Made by a program: the position numbers and the translations under genes | Notes under the pieces: model-generated | What the model was told of the DNA's origin: nothing | The model's input: only the letters and a program-made list of their open reading frames with translations | The model's database searches: none | Assembly (NCBI RefSeq): GCF_036321535.1 | Contig: NC_087436.1 | Span: forward strand, 81,222,001-81,286,000 | Source: Camelus dromedarius | Lineage: Eukaryota | DNA: 64,000 bases | Direction: 5' to 3' | Part shown: in pieces, positions 25,536 through 38,919 of the stretch | Layout of the letters: every line of letters starts with the position of its first letter | Position numbering within the stretch: the first letter of the stretch is position 1

Positions 25536-27900
25536 AGTAATAGTAAATCAAGGCTGGATTTCTGATAACGAATCAGGAAAATGAAAATCAGTTCACTTTC
25601 AATTTTTGATTTCTTCACAGTGAACAGAAGTAATTATTAATCATTTGTTTGGGTATATAATAAATAAAAAGCAAATTGGTACTTATTCTATTTATTCCAA
25701 AAATCACCGGTGTTTTAATAATAGCAGGCAAAAAAAGCAACAAAAACAATTTTAAAACATGCAAACAAGGAAAAAGGAAAGTTAGAATGAATCCTCTTAC
25801 CAGTAAAATCATTGTCTTTGCATTTCTCAGTGTATGTGTAAGTCTAATAATTAGACTAAGCCATTTACAGTAGGGATGAACATTTCATAGTTCTATGAAA
25901 TGTATCACATGTAGAATTATTAGACTTGCACATACAATAGATTGAAATAAATAAAATCTATTAACTAGAACTCTTTTGTGGACAATGGATGAGAACTGAT
26001 AGCATTGGCTTCAAGACTTCCAAGGGTTTCCACCAGTAGCGACAGGTACCTAATCAAATTACTTAACTTCTCAGAACCTCCTAATACTTTTTTTTTAAAG
26101 TTTGTAAAGACCAGTTAAGATAACATTTACGTGTACCACCTATGTAAAATGTTCTCAAAGAAGATAGTTCCTCCCACTTCACTGAGCACATCAGTTTTAA
26201 AGCAAGAAAGAGTTTTGAGTTAAGTAATGACTTTTCAGGTACTCATCTCTAAGCAATAGAAAATGTAAGAGTTCAGCTTAAGGACTAAACAAGCAAATGT
26301 CCAGAGAAATAGTCAAACTTCATGATTATTGGCTTATTTATAAATGATGAATAAAGAATAACAATACTTGTTTTCAATGGAAGAAGTCAAGACGGTCAGA
26401 TTTAAAGTAGCTAATGTCCAGGTTGAGAAATAATTTTTATGGCAAATCAAGATAGTTTCAAAAGGCAGCACATTGAAATGTAAAATATCAGGGAGTCTGA
26501 GTTACACTGACTTGCTTTGGAATTCCTGATTTTGGCAACACTCGTGGAAGTTACTGAACACTCATGAATTCCTGCTTCCACGTTTGCAAAACAATAATAA
26601 TTATTTAAAAAAAAAAAAACTTAGTGAAGGTAAAAGCAAATGATATGTTAAGGCGAGTAAGTTTCCGATGCACAGCGGGAAGTGCAGTTGGTAGCACTGT
26701 ACTTTGAAGATATAGTCATCTAAACTTTGGAATACTAAGATGCAGCGCCTGGATCTGCTGTCTGTGCTAGACTGAGGCAAACCCATGGATACTGACAGTC
26801 ACCTTCTAGCTTCCCATGACTAGAGTTTTCTAAGTACTAGAAAATACTAGAGCTATAGAAAAGTGTGCTTAACTGCTGGTTACATTTTTCTAACTAAAAC
26901 AGAGCTTAATTTGTTTGCTGTCTTAGGTGGATCCCTTCCAGGGCATCCTCCCACTTGTGGTGAAGAGGAGGAGAGACAGGAATCTTTCACTAGATCACCA
27001 GGGAACTAGGACAACACTTTCACACCTGCACCTTAGAACCATTTGTATGTCCTTTTTATGTTGCTCATCTTGCCTTTTCTCTCTCTTTTTTTTTTTTTTT
27101 TCACTTTAGGTTTGCATATATTTCCTTATGTGTTGAGGGCTTGAAGTTTAATTTGCCTCCAAATCTTTTTAAATGTTAAGAGATTCTTCTGTTTCTAAAA
27201 TTTAAAGGACAGTATCCCCTGCCATTTGCCCAAATTGGTTATTTAAAAGGCGGCTCACACCTTTTTTCTGTGTGATTTACTGTGCACCCTAACGCGGGGG
27301 GTGGGGGGGTCATATAAAGTGACTTTGAAAACAGGGTGCCATGGATCTTTGCATATTTTCTTTGAAGTAAGAGGCTCCTAATGGTTCTAAATGTTTTCAT
27401 TTAGATGTAAATGGTCTATTTCCAATCCCAGAAAGAAACTATTTTGATAAATAGAAAAATTCTTTGAATAGGATTTTATGGAGTAGGACTATATATACTA
27501 TTAGATTTAGGAAAACCTTTCAAGTTTCGTAGAGCTTTATAATAAAAAAAAAAAAAGCTTGATATTGAAGCCACTCAAGGTCTGGTTGTTGTTCAGCCCC
27601 AGTAATGCTGGCAAATGATTTAGTGTTTCTTTACAGCAACTCTTTCTCATCTTTATAATTGGTCTTATATAACATCTTTCCTGTATGTCCATCAATAGCT
27701 GCAATAAATATATACAGAAATATAACATCCTATGTAAAATTTAGATATAAAATTTTATGTAAAACAAGATTTTTTAATGAATCACTGAAGAACACGTTAT
27801 AATTTAACAGAAAGGAGATAATTTGTTTTTTCTTTAAAAGAACTAGGTAATACTACCCAACAGTACATAAGTGAATTTGGTTTATTTAAAACGCACACAC

Positions 27901-27985
27901 GGAGGGGGAGTTGTATGGCTCAGTGATAGAGCACATGCTTAGCATGCCCAGGGTCCCGGGTTCAACCCCCAGTACCTCCATTAAA
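27901..27985 (+). mobile_element. Camelid tRNA-derived SINE (Vic-1-like), short form
   Basis: A box tggctcagtgata, B box gggttcaacccc, core gagcacatgcttagcatg; flanked by aaacgcacacac and aaacacacacac (TSD-like). Confidence 0.85.
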
Positions 27986-30900
27986 CACACACACACACAC
28001 CCCCACAGTAGTAGGCAGCTTAGAAATACAAATCAAATTACTAGACCAGAAAAAGCTTTTTTCATCATTATATCACAAATTGATGGATTTCTAAGAGACT
28101 TCAAGTTTTTTTTTAAGAGATGTGGCATCTCTACAGAGCATATTTTTCAAACCATTTTATTTTATCTTATTCTAGTGAAAGCTGTCTGTTTTAACCCTTT
28201 TTGGGGTTTTCCTCTTGAAGGCATTCACTATATATGGTGCTCTGAAATTGCCAAAGGATAGACAATATTTAAAGCTCACCTTTTGCAATTTTGAGTTCAA
28301 AGATCCAAAGAGCTTTGGAGATGAAACAAGTTACCTGCCATAATTTCGGTTATTTTTTGTGCTAATCATTGGCTTCTGATTATTTCCTTTTCTTTTAATC
28401 TATGGTTATAACAGGCTGCCATTTTAGTTGTAGACGTATGCTGACAAAACAAGAACAAAGATATGAGATAAAAGTTTATTTGAGCTGCACGTTTACAGCA
28501 AGTGTGAATGCAAGTGGATTAGGGAGCTGGTGGTGAGACTTATGGGGAGGATCTAATAAAAACATATCATCTTGATACTTTGGCACTTGAAACTGTCCGC
28601 TGGAATGCCTTCATTGCTCATTACTCCTTGAGAAGGGAATGACTTTGACCAAGGACCTGGCTGTTGTTTTTCCCTCCCCACCGCCGCCCCTTCCCCTTGA
28701 CTCCCTTTTGAAAGCAGTAAAGACAAAGGTCCTGCAAGAGTTTGCTGTGGGTGAGATGGAGTAGTCCTTCAGAGCAGTCACGATGATTATCCAGCCGCTT
28801 TGACAAATTTGCCGACATCTGTTCCAGAGTCATTTTTGCTGCACAAATCTGCCATTAACAAACAGTAAGGACTTTAATTAACTGAGCATACCAAGGAGTG
28901 AAACTCTGATAAAATGACACCATCTGGAATAGAGAGATGTAAAGTTCTTTCCTCCGCTGTGTTGATTAGGGACTATATTAAAATTTATCTTGATCAAAAA
29001 TGATTCCCCTGCTGTGTAGGGTTAATAGTGAAGGCTCTATGATTTGAGATACTTTGCTCAGGTATGCCACAGCATTAAAATGTAAATTTCCCGAGCTTCA
29101 GATTTTTTCCTTTGGCCTTTTGTTAATGCCCCATTAGCGCTCATTAACTTTGCAGTGCTCCACAAAGAGTCCTGTTGATCAATTTTGAGCTTCAAGAAGA
29201 GGTCAGCCAGAACCTAGCAGTGTCCAAACCCTTGACAGCTGTCCTTAACAAACCTGTTTGGAAACTTAATATAAAGTCAGGATAATCTCCCCAGAAAAAT
29301 TCACTTGTGCACATAATCAGAGAATTTTGGATATGATTTCAGGGAAGGTGTCATAGGCTCTCTGAAGGTCATTCATGCTAAATCCTTGGATCCCAGATTA
29401 AATATCTGTTCATCAGACCCACTCTTACTGTCTCTCGTACATGCATCACTGCGTCTGTTTCATTCCAACAGCCCATCTCATTTAACTGCTTTATTTGACC
29501 AGATTTTTAAGATTCTTCAGCAAACATAAGCCTTGGGTTTAGAAACTAAACTGGTTCCAATTTGGTTCAGTCTGATGCCTCCCAATTGAGTAAGTTTCAC
29601 TACTGACCAGAAGGAGTGGTAAATTAGATCAGTTGCAAGTCATCAGTCTTGGCTTCCACCCATCTAAGGTGGGGAGTGAGGGAAAAGCTTAAAGTCAATT
29701 CTGAGAAGAGGTGCATCTAGGAGGCTCTCACAGGCTTCTTAGCAAGGGAGCAATGGTTTCTGCCAAGAAAGTTAAAGTTCGTTGCAGCTTAGTTTGTATA
29801 GCAAGATCATTATTGAAAACATTTTGTATTTGGCAGTAGTGTTAGACAATCATGAAATACATGTTCTAAAATTATGCATTCTACTTCCCCATACATTTGA
29901 GAGAAGACTTTAGGAAATAATCTTAACATGTCCGAGGCAAATGACACACACAGTTATGTAACAACTGTTCCCCGTGGCGGTGACTCTTTTTTAATTGGGG
30001 GCTGGATTAGGAATTCAAGAGAAGGTTGCTACTTAATCCCTTGATATCTCTTAAGACAAACACAAAAATGGGAGTTAAGGAATATTTTTCATCAGCTGTT
30101 TCATTAAATTATAATTATTCTCATAAATTTACTTGGACAATCTCTAGTTTTAATTTTCTGTCTGTAAAATGGGAATAAATCTAATTCAAGAATTAGGTAA
30201 GTAAGAGAATGCTCATGACCATCTCAGAATAGGTAGCTCTTGCTTCATGTCTTTTTCCCAGTTCTAATCATCTCTACATCAATCTGAATAAAACATTTTT
30301 CAGGTGGTAGGGAAGAACACATGTGATAACACTTTTTAACTCAACAGAAGACCTATATTATCCTTTCTAGAACAAATATACTTACCTTTTTAACCAAATC
30401 AAAGAGGTCCAGAGTCAGAAAGATATTTGCAGATAATACTAGTGTCTTCAAGCTAGACAGACTTTTGTATTTTGTAAAATTGTATAAATATTTGTCACAG
30501 GATAATTTTTACCCCACAACTGATTCAGTGCCAAAGTATTCTTTGTTTTTCTAATCAACTTAAGTCGAACTCTGAAATTCAAGTCACCAGGATACTGAAG
30601 AAATAAAAATTCAGTCTTAGCCATTATTGTTCCTCCTCAACTCATCTTTCTCACCCTCCAAAACAGTGGCTGTGTGAATATTTCACAGAGAGGACTCAAG
30701 TCTTTAACCCACAGCAGGCTGAACCGATCGATGCCCAAGCCACGGTGTCCTGACGGTGGATGGTTCTGTTGCTTCTGAGCCAAGATCATTGGGAGCTTTG
30801 AGCTTTTGTCTAGCCTTGGAGTCAGAGCTGAGCCATTCTCCCCCTGGTCCTGTTATCTCCCTAGGGCGTTTCAAGCACCACTATTCCAGCAGCATTTTCT

Positions 30901-32894
30901 TATCCTGAGGTCAGCCACTTTGGTCTCTATCCTTGTAAGCCCTTCTCTTTATCTCTCTCTCTCTCCACTCCACAGCCCCTGCCCCAAACCAATTCTCCCC
31001 TCTATGGGCCTTTACAAACACAATGTTGACCTGTCTTTCTTGGGAGCAGAAGAGTTTTTCCTAACTAACCTAATATATATTTTTATTTACTTGTTGACAG
31101 TTTTATATAGTTGTTTGTTTCTTCTTATAATGAAAGAGACCGGATGTTCCAGCATTCTTGTATTTTTCCCCCAGCTCCCAAAATATGCTTTTTGTTTCAG
31201 TGTGATCTTTTAAAGAAAATTATGTAGCAGACATCCATACAAAGCAAGGTTCTCATATGAAGTCCTAGGGGTGAGCATTTTCAGACCCTGCCATTCTGAC
31301 TTCGTATCTAACCAGCCAGTGAGCCTTCACCTCTGAGCAGCACTGCTCTCTAAGTCAGCCTCCTTCTAGCTGTTTTAACCACGCTATGCATCAAGTTTTG
31401 TTGGTTTAATGTGAACTTTATTCTCTCTGATGCTCCTTCAGTTGCCTCAGGTAGAGGTATTTCGTTTGAGTTTCTCCAGGTTAAAAAAAAAAAAATTATG
31501 TTGTTGGTGGCCAGCATTTCTTAGCCTGCTTCAGGAGTGGTGGTCTGAAAGCTAGATTTCTAGTCATTCCGAGGGATTACCTCCATCCCATCTCCCCTCT
31601 GCCTCTGCTCACATTTTATTCCTCAAAGTCATCAGAGAAAAGGAAGATCAGGAGAAATCATCCAGAGAGTGTGAACTCTGAGATGAGAATGAAGTAAAGT
31701 TGGCCTTAATGTAGCAGCTCTATCTCTGTCTTGTTTTGAGATTTTGGGTGATAGTTTGCAATCTAAATGTCCATATGGTAGTAATTGTCTGCTTTAATTA
31801 TGAGAGAAAAAGATTCAAAATAAAAAGCAGTTGAGAAAAGGGAAAGTTTTCTTTGATGAGAGAAGATAGATGATTTGGAGGATTAATCTATAGACAGAAA
31901 ACAAGTTCTTTGCTACATATGAAGTGAAGACTGTGCTTTCCTGAAAGTCATAGAAAGGGTCATTGCAGAAGCATTCACACAGCTCCTCTCTCCTTTCATC
32001 AGATTTAAGGTGAGTAGCTGTCATAAGCCTTGGGTAGTAAATCATTACTGACACCCTGTTCAAGTTTTGGGTAAACAGTGAGAGACGCCAGCCCCAGTGT
32101 TAACTGGCTTAGGACAGAAGGACATTCTATTCATACTTTTACAAACAGGATCAAAGACAGTTTCTCTATTCATCACTATAAACATTTCTTGACCTATATC
32201 TAGCCACCACTGTCAGCATTATTAACAATCTGAGGGTTTCTCCATGAGGTACTGAAAGAAGTTTAAATTAAAAAACAAATAAACCTTTCCATTTGAAGAC
32301 AAGTGAGAGTAAAGATATTATTTAAAATTAAGAAAAGGAACAATCATATCTAGCTAGTTATATAGAGATTCATATCCAAGGATTAACAGCAGAGCCAGTA
32401 AATGAATTATTCACATGGTTCATCAAATAAATATTCCAGGTAACACAGAGAATTACCTTATTCAATTCATGCCTTAGTCATTTCCAGAATGTTACAGTGC
32501 AACTGAATATATTTATACATGTAAAATTTTAACATCCTTTATCACCCATCCCCCCCGCCCCCCACACTGCCTTTTTCAGGTACAGAATCTACTTCAGGAC
32601 CCTCAGTGCTTAGTTCTAACATCTTTATCATTGTGTAAAGTTTCTGGGCCACTGAATATTCTTGTGAAGCAAGTTTAGGAGATAAAGGAAACTCTTAGTG
32701 GAATGGCAAGGATGGGGTTTTCCAGATCAGAGGAGTCATAGTGGTAGAGGTGGGTCAGCAAAATGAGGGGAGGAGGGACAGACAGATGGTAAGGAACATG
32801 TGTGCCTAGCTCTGGGATTTCCTCCTGTAGTCAAACCCTGCCACTGAAATATCAGTTGGGGTTCCCCCAAGGTATATTTGAAAGTGCATGTTCT

Positions 32895-33105
32895 TTACAG
32901 TCAAATCCTTATTCATCACCTGCTAGGTATGTAATCTGGGGCAACCTACTTAAATTTTTGAGACCCAATTTCCTCATCTGTAACATGAGGATTATATAAT
33001 GAGATAAAATGAGAGTCTGGCTTTCCAGGCTATTAGGAGAATAATAAAAATGTACGTTAAGCCCTTGGAACATAACCAACGCCCAATAAATGGCAGACAA
33101 TATTA
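32895..33105 (+). mobile_element. MIR-family SINE
   Basis: ggggcaacctacttaaatttttgagacccaatttcctcatctgtaacatgagga...caataaatggcag. Confidence 0.8.
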
Positions 33106-35632
33106 CTGAAAATTAGTCTTTAAAAATCTCAGCCTTGCCTTTCATATAGGTAAATTGCCAACTTGGTTAGACAATATCTTCTTCATCTTTAACTTTCAGC
33201 ACAAAACAGCTCTGTGACTTTGAGAAATGCCCTTAACCTTTGTATGATTGAATTTCTTCACACGTGAAATAACCGGGATAATATCTTGGGTACGGCTAGA
33301 GATCTGCAAGGCCGTGGTGCTAATAGCCTGCTATCCATTTTGCTCTTGATTATAATTAAAGCGAAGTACAGCCATATGCATCAATACAGAGCTAAGTGGC
33401 ATATGCTTCAAAATGCATGTTGCAATTTAGCACTGGCGTCAGCAGCGTGGATCGTGGGGCCAGACGCCTGCATTACTATGCAAGGTTCCCCCACTTAAGC
33501 TGGCTGAGTGTCCTGGACAAGTCAGTGAGCTGCTTTAGGCCTTAGCGTTTTTGTTTTCTGGACTTTCTTTGCACAACTTAATTTTCCAATGATATTATAG
33601 AGAGAATCTTTTGTCCTCCAACTTCTCTTAGCTCATCTTTCCTAGCAGTGCGCTGCTCTCCAAATGTAATAAATAATCCTAATGAAAATATGACATTGTT
33701 TTACCACAAGCTGGCTCAACACCAACACTTCATTCTCTCACCCCAGTCAAACAAACAAACAAAAAATGTTTCTGGAATGTCCTTTCTCTTTTAGTTATCA
33801 AGCTATAAAATTATTATAACAAATGTTCACTGGAAATTTGAGGTGTTGTCACAAAAATTAAATGTTATTGAAATTAGTAGCACAGAGAGGAGAGGCTGAA
33901 GGTAATGTATTTAGTAGCCAATGCCTCCTCAGTGCTTACTTTGTGGGTTTTACTTTTCATGAGTGAATCTGAAGGTTCATGACGTGTAGTACCTGTGTAA
34001 ACATTTCCATATTCATGAAAGGTTTGGAACATTTCTCTTCTGATATTGAGGGTTTATTATAGTGGACAGGAAAAGAATATTGTTCAGTCTATATTTTAAA
34101 TTAATAATAAGGAATTTGAACTACGTGGCCACCAGCAACTTTTCTAAGGCTGAGAGCCTATGATATTTATGTGTTCTTTGAGAAGTTTGTGGGTTATTAA
34201 AAATGGCAGCATTTGAAATAATGTCTAGAGATGTAACTAGTGTGGCTTAAAAAGGCTTTATCTCAAGATGCTGAATTGTAAGTGCTACAAAACATTTTTA
34301 ATAAAAAAAATTCTAATTACGTGAATTTGAAAGCATCCCTTTCCTATGGCAGTTGCTTCCCCATTATTCCTCATCCTGGAGGGGAGGGAGTTCGCCCCAG
34401 AACGTGAGATCTGGATACTGATGCATATAGGTGATGCACACAGAGTCCTAGTCAAGGGCAATGAAGTGCCCAGTCCAGAGAGACTTGGCGTGCAGGGAGG
34501 GTGCCCTGTTACCCACCACATCCACTCCTCATATTCATGCTGCTTGCTCTTCATGATGAAATTTCTAGGTTTGTTTCTACACTAAAATTTCTTTTTTCTG
34601 CTGCCATTACTTAAACGTTATCATTTCATCTCACTGATCATTGTAATAAAAATAGAAAATGTTAATGATGATGATTTAACTCCAATGAAGAACAAGTATT
34701 TTATGGATTGGAAAAAAACAATCTTCACATGTTTTATTATCATGTGGCTAAGTTCAAAATCATCAGGAAGATCTAGAGAAAAATCAACACATGTATTACA
34801 TGCAAAATTGATTTTAGCATCTTATTTCAAATATACTCATAACACTCTTCTGTGCCAAATATATATGTATAGAGAAATAAAAACTTGTGATATAATTAGT
34901 ATTTTCTTTTATAATAAGTGTATTTTCCATAAAAAAGATCAGAGCTTCAAGTAAATGAGAATTTCTCACCTTTCCAAAAATTCATATTCGTATCTTCTTC
35001 ACAACATGATTATTGGATAGTAATAACTAATTAAAATAAACCTGGCTGTTTCTATTGAATATAGGTTCATGGGGGTTTTAAGTTTGAAAGCAATATCTTG
35101 AACTTAAGATTATTTTTTATAAAATCCATTAAGTTCCCAAAACACTAATTCACATTTACTTTAGAATCTAGATAAATCTAACAGAAAATTTAGAACTTGA
35201 AACTGAATATTTCCCCCAACAAAAAGTATCTTGCCTAGGTTTAAGGAAACTACTCCCAGCCCGTACAGTAAAACCTACATCGTCTAAGTTGTCAAAGAGG
35301 GTCTTACATGGGGACTTGAGAGGTAATTGAAAGCTTTGACAGTAGATTTTTATTTCATTGAAAGATCACTGCAATAGTTTCTAAATTTAAAAATAATAAT
35401 AATAATAATTCTGATTGTGGTTGATTTTTTACCCTTTCTTCAGAAATAAAATGGGTTGGGAATGAAAGAAAGCAGCTTTTTCACTTTGCCATGTGTTATG
35501 TATGCCATTATAGGCTTCACAATAGATTAACTCTGTTTTTTGTTTTTTTTTTTTTTTTTGCTTGTTCTTCAGTTAAATATGATACCACTAGAACAAGGGG
35601 GATCCAGTGAGTGTCAAAACACATCTTTGCTA

Positions 35633-36100
35633 CAGCATGATCTTCAAGATCTATTGTTAATGAAAAAGCAAGGTCCTAAACAATGTATATTGCATACTGT
35701 TGTTCCTGTAAGAAGTGGTGGTAGTAATATATATTCATGATTGCTTATATATGCAGAAAATACCTCTGGCAGAATTTAACAGAAACTGACATCATTGACT
35801 GTCTGATTGCTGCTGGGAAGGACAACTGGATGGCAGGAGACGGGTAGAAGGGAGACTCTTCATAGAATAGCCTTTTGTATCTTATGATTTTTTAATCATA
35901 AGAACATGTTTCAGGGGAAGGTATAGCTCAAGTGGTAGAGCGCATGTTTAGCATACACAGAGTCCTGGGTTCAATCCCTAGTACCGCCTCTAAAAATAAA
36001 TAAATAAATAACCCTCATTACCTCCTCTCCCAAAACAAAACAACAACAACAAAAAGAATGTGTTACCTATTCTAAAAGTAAATAAACAAAATTTAAAAGA
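35633..36100 (+). mobile_element. L1ME-like 3' end bounded by a 17-bp direct repeat and interrupted by a SINE
   Basis: gatcttcaagatctattgttaatgaaaaagcaagg...agggagactcttcat...ccttttgtatctt...tgttacctattctaaaa; aaaacacatctttgcta on both sides. Confidence 0.75.
35914..36053 (+). mobile_element. Camelid tRNA-derived SINE (Vic-1-like) with tail
   Basis: ggggaaggtatagctcaagtggtagagcgcatgtttagcatacacagagtcctgggttcaatccctagtacc, then (aaat)n and (caa)n tail. Confidence 0.9.
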
Positions 36101-37254
36101 AAAACACATCTTTGCTAAAGTAGCAATGAAATGAACACCAAATAGCGGAAGGTCCCCTTTCCTTCTTTTAGGTGGGTTGATTGGCTGTTTGGGATGATTT
36201 TAGTGTTTGGGATTTTTTAATTCAGAATTTAACTTGAAAAACTGAGATTAAATTTCCTGCTTTTATTCTTTTTCTCTGCTATTTATTTTGACTTACTCCT
36301 AATTTAGCCCATGGCCCAGTTATATTTCTCTCTTTAATAAAAATATCTGAAACAAACAGCTTCTAGCTGCAAGACTTACAAGTTTATAGTTTTCTTTTTC
36401 AGGCTAGATTTGGGGAGGATGAAAAGGCTGATTTTATGAAGGGATCTTGGATGGTGCACTTTGCAGATGGGAGTATTAAAAGCAGAGGCAAGGTGTAATC
36501 AGACAGTGGCCTTCTCAGAGAAGGCTGCAGAATTGGGAAAAGGGAGATTACCCTGCATGAAGGATCTGGTATGAGCTGCGCTGCTGGCTTGCAGATAAAT
36601 TTCAAGCTTTCTCTTTCAGCTGGTGATGCCACTTAAAAAGGGGGGAGCAGGGACATATACTGGGTTGGGCTGCTGTTCAAACTCTGCCTCTGGCTTCCTA
36701 ATAGGACTGGTAGGAGGAACCTGGCATTTTACTAACATCCTCAGACTCAGGCAAGTGAAAATGATGACTCCTCTACAGTACTCCAAACTGTAGTTGAAAA
36801 AAAAAAATGTGTCTTTTCTGCTACTGTGAAGGGTAAGAGATGATCTTGTTTCCTTGTGGGCGTTACTAAGGATTTGGCAATTTAAACAAATTAAAATAAA
36901 ATAATGCTCTGTTGAAAAAAAAAACACAGAGTGGTATTCTACTATAGAGAAAGACCTATAAACTTGCATCTTCAACTTGAAGGCATGCAAGACCCAATTT
37001 AAAAAATAATTATAGGCACATATTAACAAAACCTGTATTCTTTTCTCTGTATCCTACGACTTTGTTGTAAAAACTCACAATGTGTTTTTCTAAACATTTC
37101 TGTGCTCTTTATAAAAGTTAGCTTGCCTAGTAAATATTTTTGAAGAAGTTTCGTGATAATTTAAATTCTTGCTTTCCCTACCCCCGCTACTTAAAAAGCA
37201 AAATTTATTTCCTTTCTTTTCTAAGAAAGTTATAAGTTAAGATATTTACTCCAA

Positions 37255-37462
37255 ATAGAGGACTCTAGGCCATGCAAACCTTGACTGTAATTCAAGCTTC
37301 ACCACCAACCAATAACAGTGAGCAGGCAAATTATTCTTATCTGTGAAATGAGAGTAATAACAACTACCTCACAGGATTACTATGAGGATTAACTTAGACA
37401 ATGTTCATGAAGCTCCAAGCCCTGGGTGTGCACCAAGACAGGTGCTCGTGTAGTTAGCTCCT
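37255..37462 (+). mobile_element. MIR-family SINE
   Basis: atctgtgaaatgagagtaataacaactacctcacaggattactatgaggattaa. Confidence 0.8.
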
Positions 37463-37994
37463 TTCCTGCTCCCCACTGGTCTCCCTTCTGTGCCCTCCCT
37501 CAACCTAATCTCTAAGTAATGCATACATAATTGTAGGAACATTATTAGCACGGATGCCCAGATGCATTTGTTACTGAATTAACTCAGCAGTGAACTTGGC
37601 ATTCCATTCCCAACCTTTCCCCTTCATTAATCCTCTTGGGCAACTCCCTCACACACAGGAGTACACTAGGACACCAGCAACTGCGAAACCAGCCATGCAC
37701 ATGAGCGTTTTCTCCCAGCCTTTCAGCTGGTCTCATTCCGCCTCACAGACGAGACGGAGCTCATGTTGCTCACAGTTAACTGGCTCTGGCCATGTGGTCG
37801 CTGCCATCAAGATCTGCCATGAGGACAGCAGTTCAATCAACCTTTGAACTCTATTTATAGCCCCCTTGAAACAAACACTCTCCCAGGAGGCCTGAGGAGT
37901 CTCCCTTGAGAACACAGAAAGTAATTCACAAGCCTCAGGAGCAAACTGGGGCAATCGAAGGGCGGGAAATGCAGCAAGTACATTTTTTTCCAGC

Positions 37995-38150
37995 CCTCTA
38001 CAGTTCACAAAGCATTTGCTTCTCCATGTTGTCACATTTCATCCTCATACCCACCCAGGAGGGAGCCAAGGCAGACGTCAGTAATGAGTCCCCATTTTAT
38101 AGATTACAAAACTGATGTCTAGGAGGTTAGATAAATTGCTCAAGTTATGT
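37995..38150 (-). mobile_element. MIR-family SINE
   Basis: cagttcacaaagcattt...atttcatcctcat...ccccattttatagattacaaaactga...aggttagataaattgctcaagtta. Confidence 0.8.
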
Positions 38151-38828
38151 GCTTGGAGAAGGAGGGAAAAGGAAGGTGATTAAAGAGTGAGAATAATTTC
38201 CCATTAATCCAATCAATCTAAACTTCAGTGAATAACTGTTTACATGTAAGAAAAAAATACACAGCTAAGAAAAATAATGTTTCATAATGTTCTGGCAAGC
38301 TTAAACAGTGTTTCCTCTCCACTTCTGATGGGAAATCCAAAATATGAGAAATAAAAACCCATAGAGACTCTACAGGGGAACGTTTATAAACATGTTTATA
38401 TCTGGCTAGAACGTTTGCATGCAGGGTGATTGTGTTTTAGGCAAGAAATGTCTTCTTGAAACCTCTCCAAATTGAAATGTGCAAAAGTCAAGACTAATCT
38501 TGAAGAAGATGGTAGGAATTTTTATGAGAAAATTTACTTAATTTTGCCAGTCATCTCTGAAATAAATACATCTTTACTGTCTTTTTAATATGGCTGGAGT
38601 TGGGGGAGGGGTGCTGTTGCATAATTCAAGTATGTGCACAAAAAGCAAGACTTCATCAGTGTGAATTAGTTTATGAACCAGAAATGATTTTATTCTTAGG
38701 AGAATTATTTGATTTTGATTTTGGCGAATATTTTCATTTTCTAAGACCCTTCTTTCAGCTATGTTACCTGGAAAGAGTATGCAAAATCATTGAAAAGGAT
38801 GTCTAAAAATTAGAATAGCCATGCTGGA

Positions 38829-38831
<3 letters not shown>

Positions 38832-38916
<85 letters not shown>
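38832..38916. repeat. Compound (TG)14(GA)29 microsatellite
   Basis: Read directly from the sequence; the two tracts share the junction G. Confidence 0.97.

Positions 38917-38919
<3 letters not shown>

Noticed and set aside
27901..27985. tRNA gene-like sequence (also 35914-35990)
   Set aside because: A and B boxes are present, but the stems are degenerate and the tails and TSDs indicate SINE copies.
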